Assembly: GCA_963693365.1 (NCBI GenBank)
Contig: CAVNZM010000010.1
Location: 4,338,159 to 4,402,158 of the forward strand
DNA: 64,000 nucleotides
Direction of reading: 5' to 3'
Source: Amoebidium appalachense
Lineage: Eukaryota; Protista; Ichthyosporea
Part shown: positions 58,617 through 64,000 of the stretch, one piece after another
Numbering within the stretch: position 1 is the stretch's first letter
Layout of the letters: each line of letters starts with the position of its first letter
The notes under the pieces: generated by a model
What the model was told of the DNA's origin: nothing
Seen by the model: the letters and a program-made list of their open reading frames with translations, nothing else
The model's database searches: none
Made by a program: the position numbers and the translations under genes

Positions 58617-59527
58617 CTGAAAACGGGGTTTTTTTTTTCCCCGTTCCCCCCTCCCCCTGAATGCAAAGAGAAGAATATGGGTTTGTTTCTGTGTTTCTGG
58701 TGAGCTTTGAAATGAACAAAAAGCAGTCGGATGTGGTTTAAAGACGTCGTTACTATTGGGAAATATGCCGTGGTGGGTAGGAATGGCACGTTGTAGTAAT
58801 CAAAGCGGTGAGAGAGGGAAACAAGGAAAATAAGGAATCACAGTGAAGCCTGTAGTTTGCAAACCTCACATACCTTTTCTTCGGACTAAGATGAAACAAA
58901 CAAGCAAGAAAATGGATGTACTCGTTGTTTGAGAGGCAGTGTCAAAGCAAAAATCATAGGAAAAATACTGAGGGCAAAAAAAAGAATAGAAAGGGCTGCT
59001 TGACGTGTATGACACTCACTGGCCCGGTCCCTATATCCACACCTGCACCTGTAATGACACGTGATATTGCTCTAAAATCAGAAAACCCAGGGTTTAACGC
59101 CACGAGGCCTTGCTCTAAAAATACCCACCTGTAAAGTAACGTGAGATTTCCCAAATAGTCCCAATATTAATGCCACTTGATATTTACTGCTCCAAAATGC
59201 CACATGTGATATCACGTGATAATGCTCCAGAAAACGATCCCATAATGTTGTATTTGAAATACACGTGCACTTCGTTATACTGCCACGTAATGTTGCTAGA
59301 TAAAAAGACTAAAATCTTTATGGTTGTGGACACGAATGACAAATACCACCATTTCACAAATTAAAAGTAATCCATGCATATGCCGTATAGTTGTATGTAT
59401 AATCGGTGGAATCTTACCGGGTCATCTTTACCGATGCGAAGAAATTACCTACGTACGTTTCCATTCAACGTATTCTGTAGTCCTTGTGAATCCTTTTGCT
59501 CAACTTATGTAATGCCCACTCAGTCTC

Positions 59528-59558
<31 letters not shown>

Positions 59559-60055
59559 ACCAACCCCCCTCCACCCTAGGTCCCCTCCCCCCTCCCCCCC
59601 CCCCCCTCCCCCCCTCACACACACACACACATTCACACACATACACGGCCCCCGCCCCCCACCCTCCCCCCACCATACACGCACCCCACACCTCTCCCCT
59701 TCTCACTCAGTTCCCCCCTTCCCCTCCCCTCCCCTCCCTCCCCCTCCCCTCCCCTCCCCTCCCCTCCCCCTCCCTTCCCCTTCCCCTCTCCCCGCCCCCT
59801 CTCCCCCCATCTCCTGCCTCCCCTTTCTCTCTACTCCTCCCCCCCCCCCCCCCCTCTCCGCCCTCCCTCCTCCCCCCCCCCCTCCCCCCCCCCCCCAAAC
59901 ACAAACACGCGCACCCCACACCTCCCCTCCCTTCTCTCTTCACCCCTCCCCTCCCCTTCCCCTTTCCCTCCACCCTCCCCTTTCCCGCTCCCCTCACCCC
60001 CCTTTCCCCCCTCCTGCTTTCCCTTTCTCCCTTCCCCTTCCCTCTCTCCCCTCCC

Positions 60056-60099
<44 letters not shown>

Positions 60100-60274
60100 C
60101 TTCCCCTTTCTCTCTTCCCTGACGTGTCTCAGATTGAAGTGAGGCGTGGGAGGCACCCCCCTAGGACACGTACACTCAAGTTTTGTTTTGTGCACAAGGT
60201 TGGGTCATGCCATGTGATGCTACTCCGTCAGAGATTTCATATATGTGGTGTGCTAGGGTTGGCAGTTATCATAA

Positions 60275-60321
<47 letters not shown>

Positions 60322-61933
60322 AAAGAAGAAGAAGGGGGGAGGGGGGGGGAATACGTGTACAACTACCACACGTACGTGATTGTTCAGATGCGTCACGGTG
60401 TATACATTTACGATATCTCCATTTATTTGGATGTCCAGTAGATACATGGCGGCACGGATGGGCTATCATTGTAGATGATTATAGACACAAATCCATAGCG
60501 CTAGCAATGTCTCGCGAAGCAAATTTTTTTCCGGGAAAGGGGGGAGGGGGGAGGGGGGGGGGGGATAAACGAACAAAAGATTTGTTTGAATGATTTGGTA
60601 TGTGCAAGTCATAACCAGTCTATGTGTGGTATATGTATCATGCACGCATGCCCTGTATGGTGTCATATGTATGTGTATGTACTTGAGGTGCACTCGCCTT
60701 GTGTGTGTGCGTGCCCTTGCGTTCGTGTTGTGTGCATGCGCTTTGTGAACATGCATATGGCTACGTAGTGTGCTCGCAGTAAATATCAGCACTACAATGG
60801 TGTGCAGACACGTGTATGGTATGTGGTGCACCTTCATATTACGTCCTTTTTAAAAAACCAAAAAGACAGATCTCTCCTAACGCATTATACCTTGGTGAGA
60901 TGACCCCAAGGACCCTAGGATCCCCCACCTTCCCTTCAATTCATACAGAACATGGGAAGTAAAAAGCAACCCCCCCCCCCCCCCAAAAAAAAAAAAAAAA
61001 AAAAAGAAAGGAAATAAAAAAGAAAGAAAGAAAGAAAGAAAATGAATTGGGGGGAATTGTGTAGATCCGACCGCAGTGGCAAATTCGACGTTTCTCCTTG
61101 TTGTGTCTCGTGTTGCTGCACAGCTCTTGTAGGATTAATTGCCTCCCACTCATACTCGTTGAATGTAACACACTGAGGGAAAGGAGAAACTTAAATATAA
61201 AAAAAATGGGGGGGGGGGGGGGGGGGGGTATATGTGAGAGTGGGAAGAAAGAGTGCCGGGGAGGGGGGGGGGTTGGCGGAAAAAGAAACAAAGGGACGCC
61301 TTAAGAGATGAAGGTGTGAGGGAGGGAAGAAGGATGACAAAGAGAGGACAGCTAAGTAGTGAGAAATGGAAAGGGTATATTATACACCAGAAAGATAGAA
61401 AATTAATGATCAGAACAGCATGCAATACCCTAAAGGCCTTTGGTCCGTAGAAGGATTGTTTAGTACGTGTGTGTGTGTGCGTGAATGTGTTTTTGTGTGT
61501 ACGCGCTCGCGCGCACGCAGCATGCGTGCGTGCGCGCGTGCCTGCATGCGTGCGTGATCACCTCGAGTGTGTTTGTGTGTGTCAGATCGTGGTCATGCAG
61601 CAACATGTATCCCAGCCTCAGGGATCGTGTGTGTTTGGATCAATTTATGTGATACGTTGATTGAGATCTGGGCAATAGCTTTGTCTTAGTTTCATTTTTC
61701 ATGTGTACATGCCAGGGCACCTGCATGCCTGCATACGCAGGTGTGTCTACTTACACTCATGCGTGTGGACGCATGCATGGGTGCATGGACGGGCGCTTAT
61801 CATTTTGATTTTTTTTTTTCTTGGGGGGGGGGGGGGGGGGGGGAGGGGGGAGCAGCGCTGCGTGGGGCGGGGAGGGGAGGAGATGTGTGTGTGTGTGGGG
61901 GGGGTAAAGGGGGAGTTGGTGGTGGTGGTGTGG

Positions 61934-61985
<52 letters not shown>

Positions 61986-62047
61986 ACGCGCGCGCGTGTG
62001 TCTGTGCGTGTGCGTGTGCGTGTGCGTGTGCGTGCGTGTGCGTTGCC

Positions 62048-62081
<34 letters not shown>

Positions 62082-62310
62082 TGCGTGTGGGTGGATGTGG
62101 GTGTGTCTGTGTGTGTGTCTGTGTGTGTGTGTGTGTGTGTGGAATTGGGGGAGATGGGGGGGAGGCGACCATTAAGGGGTATATTCTGGGTCCGATTCAC
62201 TGCTGTAGTCTACGATCACCTGCTTTTTGCGTTGAATTGGTGACCATCGAAGAAGTGCCTGCACATTTGTGTGTGCCTGAGAAAGTGGAAAGGGAGCCCC
62301 CCGGGAAAGG

Positions 62311-62341
<31 letters not shown>

Positions 62342-62713
62342 GGGGGGGGGGGGGAAGGAGGGAGGGGGAGGGGGGAAGGGCGGGGGGAAGGGTGAGTGGG
62401 GGGGAGCGTGTGTGTGTGTGTGGGGAGGGGGGGGGGGAGGGGGGGGAGGGGGGGGGGGAAGGTTAAGAGGGGGAAGGGAGTAAACGGAATAGATACACAT
62501 AAGTCAGTGTTGGTTGTGTTGGCTCTGGTGAAAGGAGGGAAAGAGGAAGCGGAGGTGAGGAGGATATGGATGAAGGGGAGGAGAGGGGAGGGGAGGGAGG
62601 ACAGGAGGGGGGGGGCGGGAAAAAGGGGAGATTGGGGGACAGTGTGTGCTACTAATTCCTGCATCACATCTGACCTTTGCATTGGCTCGGTAGTCTGTCC
62701 TGTTAAAGCAAGG

Positions 62714-62973
62714 TCCGTATCTACCATTTTGGACACGATCGAGGTTGATCCGATCGAGGATTTCAAAATGGGCCTGGCGCGGCTTGTGAATCTCTCGAAT
62801 CTATCGATCACATTTACGCAATCGAGGGTGTGACGTCATCTGGGCCTCTTTTTCGTCACGCCCTCGGTTGCGTATTTATTATCGATAGTTCGAGAGATTC
62901 ACAAGCCGCGCCAGGCCCATTTGAAATCCTCGATCGGATCAACCTCGATCGGGTCTAAAATGGTAGATACGGA
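62714..62973. mobile_element. ~260-bp foldback / MITE-like element with ~94-bp near-perfect inverted arms
   Basis: 62714-62808 (tccgtatctaccatttt...ctatcgat) is the reverse complement of 62881-62973 (atcgatag...tggtagatacgga), with only a few mismatches or indels. The spacer is 72 bp. No obvious target-site duplication. Confidence 0.8.
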
Positions 62974-63540
62974 AGTTGGTCGACATGGGGGGTTTATGCA
63001 TGCACTTGTATTGCTGCGGACATCGACACATCAGGGGCCCAACCTCACTTGACGGCCTACTGCGTTTTCCAGCGCAGCCAATCAAATGCAGCTAGTGACT
63101 TATGTACACTGTATGCAATAAAACAACCCTAGTATAGATTATGGGCTAGCATTGGTAGCTCCGAGAGAAAGTTAAGACACCGTATCACAATATCATACTG
63201 TGCAGCATTAATAAGGTGATCTAACACGGTCATTTTATAACGGATATACTGGGGGAGAGAAGTAGAAAAGAGAATAAAGCCGCCCATAACCTCCGGTTTA
63301 CCACATTAGCTAACAGGTCATCAACATGAGTCAGTTTGTGCTCTAATGTGGACATGAAATCGATAGGAACTAGCCAAATAAAAGTTGCACGAGATTAGAG
63401 CATACACTTATCCTTCGTCTTATGCAAAAAAATTTGAACTTCACTCTAATAACGATACCTTGTATATGGTGTAACTAGAAAGGGTGCTTGCCGGCTTGAC
63501 GAGTCAACGTCGACATCGAAATGCCGTCAATGCAATCTTC

Positions 63541-63656
63541 TGATTGGACCATTCTGAAAATGGCTCCGAATGGCAAAACATGATTGGCCGGCTCAGTCGA
63601 CATTCGATGGCAACTGCAAGATATCTCGAAAGTCACTTCAGAAACAGATATAAAAG
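63541..63656 (+). promoter_or_regulatory. Possible Pol II promoter: two reverse CCAAT boxes and a TATA box
   Basis: tgattgg at 63541 and 63581, and TATAAAAG at ~63649-63656. No downstream gene was identified in the window. Confidence 0.3.
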
Positions 63657-64000
63657 TATACGAAATAACGATATTTTCCATAAATCATCTTTGTAACGTA
63701 TGTAGGTAAGACATGTATCTGTCGGCATATGCAATTTATTTGAGCTTTTCTATCGATTTTGAGCCGCAATAGAGTTGTTTAGGCCTTTGACGGGACCCGT
63801 CCAAATCAATTAGTCCGGGCCCCAAGAGGTTAACCATTTCTCTCCTCCTCCCACGTTCTCTCCTAGTTCCTTTCCATGGCCATGACAGGGATACCCCCCC
63901 CCCCCCCCCCCCTCCCCCAATTGAGTACAAAACAAAAGAGAAACAGGCTGTATTCATTTTGGTCCTCCTTTTGGTACATCGCACGGGCGCACTAGAGAGG

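Overview
Eukaryotic, intron-rich genomic DNA saturated with G/C homopolymers and (CA)n, (CACG)n and (CCCG)n microsatellites, so most ORFs in the supplied track are low-complexity artefacts. Manual splicing recovers six main elements. (1) A minus-strand P2B plasma-membrane Ca2+-ATPase (PMCA) gene: 22 in-phase exons from ATG 17905 to 475, running off the left edge. It has a GC-AG intron inside the DKTGT motif and two tandem duplications of splice junctions. (2) A plus-strand multi-exon gene at ~21950-37344 with a dynamin-like GTPase domain, a helical region, a possible GT-A (GREB1/TAGT-like) glycosyltransferase-type domain and a Thr/Pro-rich tail. It carries several frameshifts. (3) A diverged, convergently oriented paralog of that gene's first two exons at 58616-57071. 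(4) A ~7 kb nearly microsatellite-free island (38.9-46.0 kb) with an intronless C2H2 zinc-finger ORF, an unassigned ORF chain and a piggyBac transposase with an unusual Tudor/SH3-like N-terminus. (5) A 5'-intact, RT-less LINE with overlapping ORF1/ORF2 and a perfect 35-bp inverted repeat. (6) A ~260-bp near-perfect hairpin or MITE. Introns show a sense-strand poly(C) tract just after many splice donors. All family assignments come from motif recognition by eye; no searches were run.
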